A DNA stretch of 62,491 nt, filler included. It is 4 parts of 4 records of this genome, joined end to end, with 100 filler letters (N's around TTAATTAATTAA, not from the genome) between each part and the next. Parts side by side here need not be neighbours in the genome. Positions count along the whole stretch, not along the records: positions 21,659 to 48,611 come from SRR31156797_12392; positions 48,712 to 57,111 come from SRR31156797_12404; 2 more parts are not named here. One strand, given 5' to 3'. Below are positions 42,001-50,627 of the stretch, piece after piece. The position numbers and the translations under genes are program-made. Numbering within the stretch: position 1 is the first letter of the stretch; each line of letters starts with the position of its first letter. The notes below the pieces were generated by a model, which made no database searches, had not been told where the DNA came from, and saw nothing but the letters and a program-made list of their open reading frames with translations.

Positions 42001-42421
42001 TACTTTTTACCGGGCCCAGGTGGATAGCATAATGGAGGCGATGGTTAAAGAAGAGCTCACTGAAAAGGGGCCGGACGGGGGCGGAATACGGATTAAGCTC
42101 AATGGTGAGGATAATACCCGGGAGCGCCTTAGGGTCGGGACCGTTGATGCGTTTCAGGGAAAGGAGTTTGATGTGGTCCTGCTTTCCCTGGTCCGAACCA
42201 GTAATGGGCTTGTGGATGAAACAGATGATGACGCACTCACAAAGGCTTATGGCTTTCTACGGTTGGACAACCGGCTGAATGTCGCCATGAGCCGCCAGCA
42301 GCGCTTGCTGATTATGGTTGGGGATGCTGAAATGGCGACAGTAACGGGGGCCGAGGCGGCAGTACCTGCATTGCCTGCATTCTACCAGTTGTGCGGAGGA
42401 CAAGATGGAACAATACGCTAA
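39098..42421 (+). CDS. SF1 Upf1/DNA2-like helicase (CoCoNuT CnuH-like)
   Basis: GPPGTGKT, VDEAAR, VGDHRQLP, QFRMH, VITFYRAQ, TVDAFQGKE, RLNVAMSR. Confidence 0.88.
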   Translation: MKLGKFIGLSKQTVRLKDLGGEPIEKDVWNIGEEVTLIEDSGNFYLQQGDVIASVTPAEASQNLSLKLGRDQALWSLTSIRKDQFFVRSVDISDSPIIINLDIGVSDAIARQLYGSSQIKEDSIDAARRWLEDEFILEGSEQPRVFVSSYAGNRTDALEIRGREWVASLSEIDHYWQMSGLTRRRHSNAGLQVFQGDIRFVDVSVAGQLTNPVHRHALDEAIRSHGGYMDLWEKYSNMEWEFSLNDARQLGALRFKLVEKGRNSDEWEFLVEPAAGKDFSTKLHELKKQGSGNAGSGLLEVMPYIPDWLDGSKSIEDTGLGGDKGKPWLCEWVKIDNDIVTLRIDAQRYKNPCKKGIICMSMHGNRKIRERRHQAITSIRQRSNPMPQLHYLLEGVATPFEGPKKLRRLSAAARKTFKGEPTPKQFRAIKIAFETPDVAIIIGPPGTGKTQVITALQKEQALAMKGVDIQHQVLLSSFQHDAVDNVTARTRVFGLPAIKIGGKNRKNGEQDTDPIEDWCKEKSDILSVSLQEKIDREPVFGVLKELKKEMTTLRVTRPDYSEKNELLSRIKKCLEELSAFQIRLSPEVDQSWNDFLLEHHSDSDREQAGQGEERLVKRVLALRTTRVAFLDDGPEQCLRLLDWAQRGNAIIESSELDLLNHCSRESSVSDTQLKKLGKLKAAMLDRLTPDYRPRHIRTVLPKEACEMLDSIQEEIEQQIKSSRNLGYLLVLDDYLKTLNTSPNAIKRAALEYTSVLGATCQQAASRRITDLKDVEHQSSISFDTVIVDEAARANPLDLMVPMAMAKRRIVLVGDHRQLPHLLEPKVEDELAEKFEFETTQLKMLKISLFQRMMEILKEMEAKPNQPKRVVMLDKQFRMHSVLGRFVSRLFYEPYGLSEVQPGFDDDSRFAHKVPGYEGKVCGWIDIPGREGKHHRRNGSLVRDVEAFRIAKEARTIMDACPDLSVGVITFYRAQVDSIMEAMVKEELTEKGPDGGGIRIKLNGEDNTRERLRVGTVDAFQGKEFDVVLLSLVRTSNGLVDETDDDALTKAYGFLRLDNRLNVAMSRQQRLLIMVGDAEMATVTGAEAAVPALPAFYQLCGGQDGTIR

Positions 42422-43886
42422 TCGTTATCTTAATTTTTTAGAAGGTAGGAAGTCCCCATATAAAAGCCAGTCTTTTCTCTGGCCAGTCCGGATATGGCAG
42501 GTTTTGGCACCTGGTGTGGATAGTTCTGTGTTAAATATTTTCCAGCGGACTATTCTCGGGTTGATCCAGGCACACCAGACAGATCCAGCAGATATGGCAG
42601 AGTGGTTGGGGGTTGATAAAGAGTTGGTTCAATACATCCTTGCCACCCAACTGATGGCTAATGACTGGGTTGATTCCCGGGGACGTCTAACTCGTCAAGG
42701 TGTGGAGAGATTGGAGCAAGATGTAGAGGCGAGACAGGATCTAAAACCGGGATATGTATTTCAAGATGCATTCAGCGGTAATCTATGGCCCCGTGTCGTA
42801 GATTATCTGCCATATGTTGAACCGTCTTCGACTTCAGGAAACGGGCGACTTAGGTTTAGGCAACGCCGGGATAGTGATTGGGAGGAAGAACCGTTTATCA
42901 TCAAAGGTGGCGGTTTTGATTCGAGGCGACCGGAAATTAATGCGCTGAGGGAATCCATTCAGTTGGGTAATAATGCCATCCACAATCAAACGGTTAGTGA
43001 TGAACTATGGATGGGTGAGCTTCGTGAATATCAAATAGATGAAATCGAACTCATAGATCCGGAACCAATACCAGCATATGTCTTTTGCTGGGCAATCTCA
43101 GACCCCGATCATTCCTGGACAATTTCAGATCCTTGCGCCATTACCCGTTCCGCTGATTGGATGCGAAAAGATGTATATTCCCTGGCGCGGAAGAATACTG
43201 GATTTGCCGGTTACTTAAGCGCGTATCTGGGCGAACCTGATGATAAGGAAACCTGGGAAGAGATGAATGCCAGGCTGGAAGCTGAAGTTGAATTTGATGT
43301 GTATGCACATTATCCCTCTGCTAAGAATGTTCCGAATCTTACAGCCTATTTGGGGGCGCTGTTACGCCGTAAATATAAGTTGGAAGAGCTCGAAGAGGGC
43401 CGTGAAAATTTTGAGGATTGTGATGATATAGTGACCCAAGCTCAAAAGGTTTTGGAGTGTTGTTGTCAATGGATGCTTACGGAATGGCCCTGCAATCCAG
43501 CTCGAATTAATAAAAAATGGGGAAATGAGGACCTGTTTACAGCCTTTGATTTGATTTTTAGGGGCAGTCTTTCAGTGGATGAAGTCAAAGCGTTCTCCAA
43601 TAAAATAAGGGCGTGGGAGCTAAAGAACGCTGCAAGAGATAAGCAAAAAGCACGTCAATCCTTACGTGCTCTTTTTGCTACAGTTATTCTTTCCATAGAA
43701 GAGCATCCGGATCATCCGGTTCTTAATTGTCCTTCAAGTTCGTTTTTTGCAGGTATCGCACAGTTGGCTGACAACCGCAATCCAATCGCACATGCTTCCG
43801 GCAAGTTTACTAAAAAACAGAATGCGCTTTATTGGGCTGATTTTTCAATACAATGGGTTGAGTTATTAACAAGGAGTCTGAAGTAA
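42405..43886 (+). CDS. wHTH plus C-terminal HEPN putative RNase effector (CnuE-like)
   Basis: N-terminal HTH (DPADMAEWLGVDKELVQYIL); C-terminal RxxxxH motif DNRNPIAHA; overlaps the helicase gene. Confidence 0.68.
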   Translation: MEQYANRYLNFLEGRKSPYKSQSFLWPVRIWQVLAPGVDSSVLNIFQRTILGLIQAHQTDPADMAEWLGVDKELVQYILATQLMANDWVDSRGRLTRQGVERLEQDVEARQDLKPGYVFQDAFSGNLWPRVVDYLPYVEPSSTSGNGRLRFRQRRDSDWEEEPFIIKGGGFDSRRPEINALRESIQLGNNAIHNQTVSDELWMGELREYQIDEIELIDPEPIPAYVFCWAISDPDHSWTISDPCAITRSADWMRKDVYSLARKNTGFAGYLSAYLGEPDDKETWEEMNARLEAEVEFDVYAHYPSAKNVPNLTAYLGALLRRKYKLEELEEGRENFEDCDDIVTQAQKVLECCCQWMLTEWPCNPARINKKWGNEDLFTAFDLIFRGSLSVDEVKAFSNKIRAWELKNAARDKQKARQSLRALFATVILSIEEHPDHPVLNCPSSSFFAGIAQLADNRNPIAHASGKFTKKQNALYWADFSIQWVELLTRSLK

Positions 43887-43888
43887 AA

Positions 43889-46456
43889 ATGGGAAAAAAT
43901 AAAAAAAACAAACAGAAAGTAAAAACAAAGAAAGAGTCGGTTAGCCTGCCTAAGAATGAATCTTTAAAAGAGAAAATTACCAAGGCCATGGGCGCGGGCA
44001 ATTTTTTGACTCCTGATTCTAATTTTAAGCCCGGTAGTATTGATATCAGCTCACTTCAAAAGGATGAAAGCCGGCTACCGAAAGCCGAAAAGTTATTGGA
44101 TGAAATTATTCAATTGCATGATGACCTGAAATTGAAGTCCGACGAGCTTGATAAGTCAAAGGAAGGCATAGAGGCCTTGAATAAGACCCTTAGCCAGGAG
44201 AAAGAAGAGCTTTCTATTCAGAAGAAGAAAATAGGAGAGATCAAAATTGAGTTGGCTGAGAAAAAGGAACAATTAGCTCAGACGGAATCACATCTTATAG
44301 AATGGGAGGATGACCTGGGTGAGCGGGAAGCCGAAGCAAAGGCCGGATTCTTGTCGGAAAAACAGAAGGCCTGTTTTGAAAAGAGAAATGCCCTGGATTC
44401 TCTTGATAAAGAACATAAAGAAAGGGCTGAAAAAAGATGGGCTGAAATTTTTGAAAGAGAAAAGCAGCTTGATGACCGGGATATGGAATTAGCCAGCCGG
44501 GAAGCCAGCGCCAATGCAGGGTTCATTGATGAAAAGAAAAAAGTTTTAGGAGAGTTCCAAAATCAGCTTGATGATAAGCACGAAGAATTAAAAGAACTCA
44601 GGCTGGCAATGGACACTGAAAAAGCCAAGCATGATGAGAAACTTGCCAAAGATAAGGGACTGCTCCTCCAAGAGATAAATAAGATTCGAGATGAGCATCA
44701 GGAAAAATTGGACAAGGAGAGGGCGTTGGTGGAAACCGAACGGTGCAGGCTTGAGGTTCGGCAAAAAGAGCTTGAACGGCACACACACCGCCTTGAAGTT
44801 CGAAAAAGTTCCCAGAGTGATTGGGAGCAAAGTGTAAAGGATGATCTCGAAGCAGAATTCAATTCTCAAATTATCAGCCTTGAAACTCAGCTGGAGCAGC
44901 TGAAAAACTATCGCAATAAAGACCTGGAGGATATTAAGGAACTTAATCAGGAATTGATCCAGTACGCCGATTTGAAAAAATCTCTGGACGGAGCCGGAAT
45001 AGAAGATGTTCAGGTTAAACTTGAGGAAGACCGCAAAGAGATAAAAAAATTAAAGGCTGAGCTTGCTGCCGCTCCCCGGGATGATTTGGAAGAAGAAAAC
45101 GACAGGCTTCTGGAGCAGATAGATGATCTGTCCGAGGAAAAGATTGAGCTTAAAACTGAGCTTTGGGAAGCAAAAAGCGAATTGGATAAAAACAGGTTAA
45201 GTGTGATGGCCAAACATAACCTGGTGAAAGAGAAAAAAGTGCTGGAACTCCATAATAAGACATTAGATTCAGCAATTGAAAATCTTCAAACGCAGGTGGA
45301 GGATCTTGTTGAAAAGCAGCAGAGCAGCAACGCATTTCCGGCATTGTGCAAGCTTGATAAAGATCATAGTCGAGATGGTGTGAATCTCCAGGTTGTTCCG
45401 AACCTCAAAGCGTTCGCCGAACAGATGCGAATGGGAATGGCCTGTATTTATCCCGAAACGCCGCTTTATTACCGCAGTGAAGATGTGCGCTTGTTCCTTG
45501 GCGGCTTGGCTATGAGCAATCTTCATATCCTTCATGGTATGTCTGGTACAGGTAAAACGAGCCTTGCCAAAGCGTTTACAAAGGTCGTGGGCGGAGAGTG
45601 TACTGACATTGCCGTTCAGGCCGGATGGCGGGATAAGGATGATCTTCTTGGCCATTTTAATGCGTTCGAGAAAAAATTCTATGAACGGGAGGCGCTTCAG
45701 GCTATTTACAAAGCACAACTGCCAGAGTTCAAAAACCGAATAAATGTGGTTTTATTGGACGAAATGAACCTTTCCCGGCCTGAGCAATACTTTGCGGAGT
45801 TTCTGTCTGCCATGGAAAAACAGCCCGATCAACGTGAGATTGTTCTGCTTGAAAGTGAACTTCAAAATGCGCCGAGGTTATTCAAGGACGGGCGTAAAAT
45901 AAAAATTCCTGAGAATGTATGGTTCATCGGGACAGCGAATCATGATGAAACAACCAATGAATTTGCAGATAAAACCTATGACCGTGCCCATGTAATGGAG
46001 CTGGGCCGTAGTGACGAAAAAATTGGCACGGATGATTATGAGCAGACAACATATCGTTTCTCATCCCTGAAAGACTTATTCAGGTCGGCCAGCCTAAAGC
46101 ATTGTAAAAAGGTTGGGTCAATTTTCAAAGAGTTTGAAGAAAGTATTTTGGCGGAGGTTCTGGAAGGAAATTTCACTGTTCGTTGGGGGAACAGGCTCCG
46201 GGAGCATGCAAAAAGATTTATCCCGGTTGTTATAGAAGCCGGAGGTTCTTTTGAGGAAGGGCTGGACCACTTGCTGGCATCAAAGGTGTTTAGAGATGGA
46301 AAGGTTACCGGACGGTTTGATACCGTTTTAAAAGATCTTGATGACGTCGAGGAGGCATTGCTCGAAACATGGGGGGGGATTGGATTAAAAAATGATCCAG
46401 CCAAAGCTTTGGCCTGTATAAAGCAAGACAAAAGGAGGATGGAGCGTGGCGCATGA
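43889..46456 (+). CDS. McrB-like AAA+ GTPase with about 400-aa N-terminal coiled coil (CnuB-like)
   Basis: GMSGTGKT, LLDEMNLSRPEQYFAEFLS, McrB-type GTANHDE; long K/E/L heptad region. Confidence 0.85.
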   Translation: MGKNKKNKQKVKTKKESVSLPKNESLKEKITKAMGAGNFLTPDSNFKPGSIDISSLQKDESRLPKAEKLLDEIIQLHDDLKLKSDELDKSKEGIEALNKTLSQEKEELSIQKKKIGEIKIELAEKKEQLAQTESHLIEWEDDLGEREAEAKAGFLSEKQKACFEKRNALDSLDKEHKERAEKRWAEIFEREKQLDDRDMELASREASANAGFIDEKKKVLGEFQNQLDDKHEELKELRLAMDTEKAKHDEKLAKDKGLLLQEINKIRDEHQEKLDKERALVETERCRLEVRQKELERHTHRLEVRKSSQSDWEQSVKDDLEAEFNSQIISLETQLEQLKNYRNKDLEDIKELNQELIQYADLKKSLDGAGIEDVQVKLEEDRKEIKKLKAELAAAPRDDLEEENDRLLEQIDDLSEEKIELKTELWEAKSELDKNRLSVMAKHNLVKEKKVLELHNKTLDSAIENLQTQVEDLVEKQQSSNAFPALCKLDKDHSRDGVNLQVVPNLKAFAEQMRMGMACIYPETPLYYRSEDVRLFLGGLAMSNLHILHGMSGTGKTSLAKAFTKVVGGECTDIAVQAGWRDKDDLLGHFNAFEKKFYEREALQAIYKAQLPEFKNRINVVLLDEMNLSRPEQYFAEFLSAMEKQPDQREIVLLESELQNAPRLFKDGRKIKIPENVWFIGTANHDETTNEFADKTYDRAHVMELGRSDEKIGTDDYEQTTYRFSSLKDLFRSASLKHCKKVGSIFKEFEESILAEVLEGNFTVRWGNRLREHAKRFIPVVIEAGGSFEEGLDHLLASKVFRDGKVTGRFDTVLKDLDDVEEALLETWGGIGLKNDPAKALACIKQDKRRMERGA

Positions 46457-48342
46457 TTTTGTATGATCGATTGACAGATACCAGGATTCCAGTTGATGAT
46501 TTACAGGATCATGTATTGCCCGAAAGATACCAATTGACCTGCGGGGCATTAATTAATGGGCATACCCATGCATCTGCCGGTGATGTCCTGGTGACCGATG
46601 GCACCTATAAACTATCATTTAATGGCCACAACCTTCCTTGCTGTGAAACGGTTGCGGGCAAGGAGGAACTGCCAGAATTTGAAATTGTTGTGAAAGCGCT
46701 TTTTCAAATAAATAAGGCTTTAATTGAAATTGATAAGGAGGGGGACGGTCAATTACCCTCTCCGCTTGTTCCCAGCCAGGTGTTTGATGATGATGGTGAT
46801 TTAAATCAACTGGAGGTCCTCCTTGGTAAGGTGCTGGCGAAGGGGCACCTTCATGAAATAAATCGCCGACCCCGTATTGATATGCGTTATGATGACATGG
46901 TGTTGCCTGTCAGTCGAGCTAAGCGTCTGGCTCCTTCTGCGCACCGGCATCTTGCTGCTCAATCCGAATGCTGGCAGAGAAGGACCTTGACCGGAATTCA
47001 GCCGAAAAAAATTATGGGCCAGATTAGTGAGGATGAATATGCACTCTATGAAAATAAGGTGTATGCACGGCTGTTGGATCGGCTTGATCGCCTATTAAAT
47101 AAAAGGTTGCAGGAGTTGAACGAGCTGCTTAGCAATTTGGATGATGTTCTCGAATTGGAGAGCGCAGACACTTTGAATTATCGATTTAGAAACAGTCTTT
47201 TTGGGTTGTGGGGAGAAACATTTACCTCCATGGAAGCCGTTTCTCTCACTCGGGATAAAATTGAAACAGTTCAAACCCGCCTTAAAGAATATTCAAAATC
47301 CATAAGGGGGTTAATCCAGAGCGATTTGTATAATCGGGTGCCTCGGAATGCCCAGATTGCAACCAAAATTCAGCTGACAAACATTCTTGCCCATGACCAG
47401 CATTACCGATTTATAGTCAAATTATGGAATTCGTCCCTTGAGGCCAATGATAAGAATTCATTACCGGAGGAAAAGTATAAAAAAAATGCGGCATTACAAC
47501 AGGCCTACATTAATTATTGCAAGTTATTGATCGTAAGATCTTTAGGCGAACTGGGGTATGATTCAAAACGCAAAGGGATAAATGGCTGTAAGTTCACATC
47601 TATGGGGCATGAATTAATTGTCACCTTAAAAAATACTAACTGGGAGATAGAGAATAAAAGAACTGGCCAGAAATTGGTTCTTGTCCCAATTGCCTCCTGG
47701 AATTCAACAGGGTTAGAAACAATACAAGAGGGGAATAAACTTATCATTCCGTGTTGTTTAAATAGCCAGGGTGACCCATTCGTGTCCCCGTCCGATTGGA
47801 TAGCCGGGAAATATACTGGCCCGCTTGTTCTTTCTCCCATGGATTTTTATGTCCAAGAGCGATTGGTTGTTATTCTTAAAAGTTGGATCCTGCTCAAGCC
47901 GTTTAGTGAATATGGTAAATTGATCACAAAAATACCAGGAGCGGTCATGCCTCAATTCAAGAAGCTAAAAGAGTGCAATGTGGAGGGAGAGTATTCAGTA
48001 CGCTTGCTGCAGCCAATATCTAAAAATGCATATGAACTTATATTGAATGATCTGAAGGCGGCTAATGCCAATATAAGCCATGAGCAGTTTGAAACAGCCA
48101 TGGCGTTTATGGATCAAATTTCAAGATGTCCTTTTTGTCAAGAAAAGGCAAGTTTGACACCATGGCAAGGTCGGCAGGCATTTAAAGCCATTTGCCCCCG
48201 CAGTGATTGTCAGCTTGAGTGGGGTATTTATTATGGCGACAGCGAGAAACCTGACGTGAGCTTTTCTACAAAGGATCAGAAGAAGGGCAGGTTCAAGACC
48301 AATGGCCGTTGGTTTGATCAATATGAGCTGATACGATCTTAG
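46453..48342 (+). CDS. McrC/DUF2357-like protein with C-terminal Zn finger (CnuCD-like)
   Basis: ATGA overlap with the McrB-like gene; LPVSRAKR and YENKVYARLL; C-terminal CPFC...CPRSDC. Confidence 0.7.
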   Translation: MILYDRLTDTRIPVDDLQDHVLPERYQLTCGALINGHTHASAGDVLVTDGTYKLSFNGHNLPCCETVAGKEELPEFEIVVKALFQINKALIEIDKEGDGQLPSPLVPSQVFDDDGDLNQLEVLLGKVLAKGHLHEINRRPRIDMRYDDMVLPVSRAKRLAPSAHRHLAAQSECWQRRTLTGIQPKKIMGQISEDEYALYENKVYARLLDRLDRLLNKRLQELNELLSNLDDVLELESADTLNYRFRNSLFGLWGETFTSMEAVSLTRDKIETVQTRLKEYSKSIRGLIQSDLYNRVPRNAQIATKIQLTNILAHDQHYRFIVKLWNSSLEANDKNSLPEEKYKKNAALQQAYINYCKLLIVRSLGELGYDSKRKGINGCKFTSMGHELIVTLKNTNWEIENKRTGQKLVLVPIASWNSTGLETIQEGNKLIIPCCLNSQGDPFVSPSDWIAGKYTGPLVLSPMDFYVQERLVVILKSWILLKPFSEYGKLITKIPGAVMPQFKKLKECNVEGEYSVRLLQPISKNAYELILNDLKAANANISHEQFETAMAFMDQISRCPFCQEKASLTPWQGRQAFKAICPRSDCQLEWGIYYGDSEKPDVSFSTKDQKKGRFKTNGRWFDQYELIRS

Positions 48343-48444
48343 GAAATTGAATGGGGCAACGAGTTCATTTTGAAAATTTAATATTGGGTTCGTTGTTTTT
48401 GGGAGGTTACTTTTCACAAACCATCAAATTGTGTAACCTATAGA

Positions 48445-48537
48445 ATGATGGACATATGATGGACAAAATCCTCAAAACACAAATAAAGCCTTTCAAGGAA
48501 AATTTCTGAAAGGCTTTGTTATCAGTGGCGGGCTGAC
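48445..48537. mobile_element. Possible island attachment end: direct repeats, hairpin, degenerate tRNA 3' remnant
   Basis: ATGATGGACA twice (48445-54, 48456-65); hairpin AAAGCCTTTCA/TGAAAGGCTTT (48485-48517); TGGCGGGCTGAC (48526-37), whose reverse complement ends CCGCCA. Confidence 0.35.
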
Positions 48538-48611
48538 TATAAATCGACCATAGATTGACGGAGTAATAGTCTGTTTTTTTAGGGAGTTTTCAAAATTCTG
48601 TGTCATAGGTT

Positions 48612-48711
48612 NNNNNNNNNNNNNNNNNNNNNNNNNNNNNNNNNNNNNNNNNNNNTTAATTAATTAANNNNNNNNNNNNNNNNNNNNNNNNNNNNNNNNN
48701 NNNNNNNNNNN
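48612..48711. other. Artificial contig linker
   Basis: N run with TTAATTAATTAA, 100 nt. Confidence 0.97.
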
Positions 48712-48775
48712 TTGCCGCATAAAACTTTAACGAAGTATTGTAAGTTTATATGAGGAAAATAATCAGTCGAATAGG

Positions 48776-49498
48776 ATGCTTTATAGCTATCATTATTTGC
48801 ATCAGATTGATAAAGCTAAAGGGAATTTTAGTAAAGCATATAAAGATTTAATAGAATATGTCAATTTAATTGATAAAACTTCATCTAATGAAAAGGTTCG
48901 TATGTCTAAGGTGTTGGAGATTAATAATAAGGTTGATTTAATGAAGAGCCAATTGGTACAGTTAAAAGCGGAGAAAAAAGCCAGTGAATTTATGTTAACG
49001 CTTGTTATTGTGATCACTATTGGAATTTTGGGTGGAATAGGGATTTATATCTATCTGTACCAAAAAGAAAAAAGGGCTAAAGTTGAAGAGCTAAATAAGG
49101 AATTTCATAATTTGTTAATTGGTATTGGAGAGAAGCAATTATTGGAACACCGTTTAAGTAAAAGCTCTAAGGATAAAGAAATACAATCGGAACAAGTGAA
49201 AGTATTTCCTGTAAATGTAGAAGAGAGTGACTTGGGAGATAGTTTTGACAGTTGCTATATGGAAACTATTAATTTATTTACAGATGCATTTCCTCAATTA
49301 ACAAAAACGGAGGTGAGGTATGCTGTAATGTTGTGTTTAAAGTTACCGATGGAAGTAATTTCAAAAGTGCAACATGTTCAAATAGCTTCAATTAGAAAAG
49401 CCAAACAAAGAATTCGAATTAAATTGGATGTCGAAGGCAGTTTGGAAGATTATTTACAAGAATTTAGAGAAAGATCTATCTCAAGTTTGGCTGTTTAG
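48776..49498 (+). CDS. C-terminal part of TPR-TM-HTH (LuxR-like) membrane regulator, 5' truncated
   Basis: TPR-like helix (YLHQIDKAKGNFSKAY), one TM, C-terminal FPQLTKTEVRYAVMLCL...IRKAKQRIRIKL typical of Bacteroidota regulators. A possible 1-nt frameshift lies near 48745-47. Confidence 0.75.
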   Translation: MLYSYHYLHQIDKAKGNFSKAYKDLIEYVNLIDKTSSNEKVRMSKVLEINNKVDLMKSQLVQLKAEKKASEFMLTLVIVITIGILGGIGIYIYLYQKEKRAKVEELNKEFHNLLIGIGEKQLLEHRLSKSSKDKEIQSEQVKVFPVNVEESDLGDSFDSCYMETINLFTDAFPQLTKTEVRYAVMLCLKLPMEVISKVQHVQIASIRKAKQRIRIKLDVEGSLEDYLQEFRERSISSLAV

Positions 49499-49638
49499 GC
49501 TAACACAATAAAGGTTATTTTTTTATTTGTATGTACGAAATCGATCATTTTTGTACATTGAAACTTTTAGAGTAAAAAAACATTGTTTTTTTTCTTTAAA
49601 AGATAGGTTTGTATTGATTTGAATATGAGGTAAAAGTG

Positions 49639-49705
49639 TTTTGTCACGCTTTTGTCACGCTTCAAATTCTTCTTTTTATTTGCACCCCTTCATATTTGTG
49701 ACAAA
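49639..49705. promoter_or_regulatory. Tandem 11-bp direct repeat plus inverted copy, candidate operator
   Basis: TTTTGTCACGC at 49639-49 and 49650-60; inverted GTGACAAA at 49698-705. Confidence 0.6.
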
Positions 49706-49725
49706 CAACTAAAACAACGTTTGTC

Positions 49726-49944
49726 ATGAAAAATTTATTAAGATTTTTATTCGTATTTGTAATTATATCTTTTTCTACAATAATTTCAGCTATAGAAAAG
49801 GAGGATCCAATTGTAATTGTTAGAGGGGAGGTCGCTAAAGAAGATCCAATTGTAATTGTGAGAAATAGTCTTTCAAAAGAGGATCCAATCGTTATTGTAA
49901 GATCAGGGGTGTCGAAAGAAGATCCAATTGTAATAGTTAGATAA
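49726..49944 (+). CDS. Secreted multi-core peptide precursor: signal peptide plus 4 x KEDPIVIVR
   Basis: 22-aa Sec signal ending ISA; cores at 49798, 49837, 49876 and 49915 (39-nt period) differ only at synonymous positions. Confidence 0.85.
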   Translation: MKNLLRFLFVFVIISFSTIISAIEKEDPIVIVRGEVAKEDPIVIVRNSLSKEDPIVIVRSGVSKEDPIVIVR

Positions 49945-49953
49945 ATATCAAAA

Positions 49954-50319
49954 ATGTCCTGCACATCAATACAGAGGGAGGTAATTGAAGTGGATATAAG
50001 TAGGTTTATAACCATTGATGATGTAGTGTCTAATGTACAGGAATTTTTAGAATTCAATCATAAATATGCTTCACAATACTTGTTGTTGGTAAATGCTACA
50101 AATTGTAGAACCAATATTGTTATAAAGGATTTGGATTACTTACAATCATTGAATACGGAGCTTGCCGAAAAATTTTCCTTGTTAAAGGTGGCGGTTATTG
50201 TAAATGATCCTGTGTATACAGCAATATGTATGGTTTACCAACAACTTATTAAAATGAAATACTATCATTTTAGAGTTTTTTCAACAAAGCTGGCTGCACG
50301 AAGGTGGTTGTTAAGTTAG
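49954..50319 (+). CDS. SpoIIAA-like / STAS-SEC14-like small protein
   Basis: LLLVNAT...KVAVIVNDP...FRVFSTKLAARRWL; starts 9 nt after the peptide gene. Confidence 0.6.
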   Translation: MSCTSIQREVIEVDISRFITIDDVVSNVQEFLEFNHKYASQYLLLVNATNCRTNIVIKDLDYLQSLNTELAEKFSLLKVAVIVNDPVYTAICMVYQQLIKMKYYHFRVFSTKLAARRWLLS

Positions 50320-50483
50320 GTTAATTATGGAGAATGTTATTTTAAATAAAAACAGACGTATGCCTTTTGGAGGAACAATACGTTGGTTTGAATATAGGTT
50401 GCTTAAGTGCTTGTAAAAAGTTTGAATAAGAATTCTTTTTTCCCAAATCTTAAATTCTTTAATGCCAAATTTTTAACAAGATT

Positions 50484-50523
50484 AAATCCGTTACATACTA
50501 AACGTAGTATGTAGCGGATTTTT
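50484..50523 (+). terminator. Intrinsic terminator
   Basis: AAATCCGTTACATACTA-aacg-TAGTATGTAGCGGATTT followed by TT. Confidence 0.7.
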
Positions 50524-50627
50524 ATATTAATTAAGTGAACATATCATTTTTCTAAACTTGTGTTTTTGTTATCTTTATTGTATAATTAAGTGGCTGTTTA
50601 ATCGTCATAAGGCTTCAATGTAAATGT

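Noticed and set aside
49798-49941. 39-nt periodic repeat as a CRISPR array
   Set aside because: Spacers are only 12 nt, repeats vary at third codon positions, the unit lies in frame within a signal-peptide ORF, and there are no cas genes.
49662-50057. Antisense 131-aa ORF with LTITIGSS repeats
   Set aside because: It is a shadow of the plus-strand peptide gene, which has the signal peptide and is co-oriented with its neighbours.
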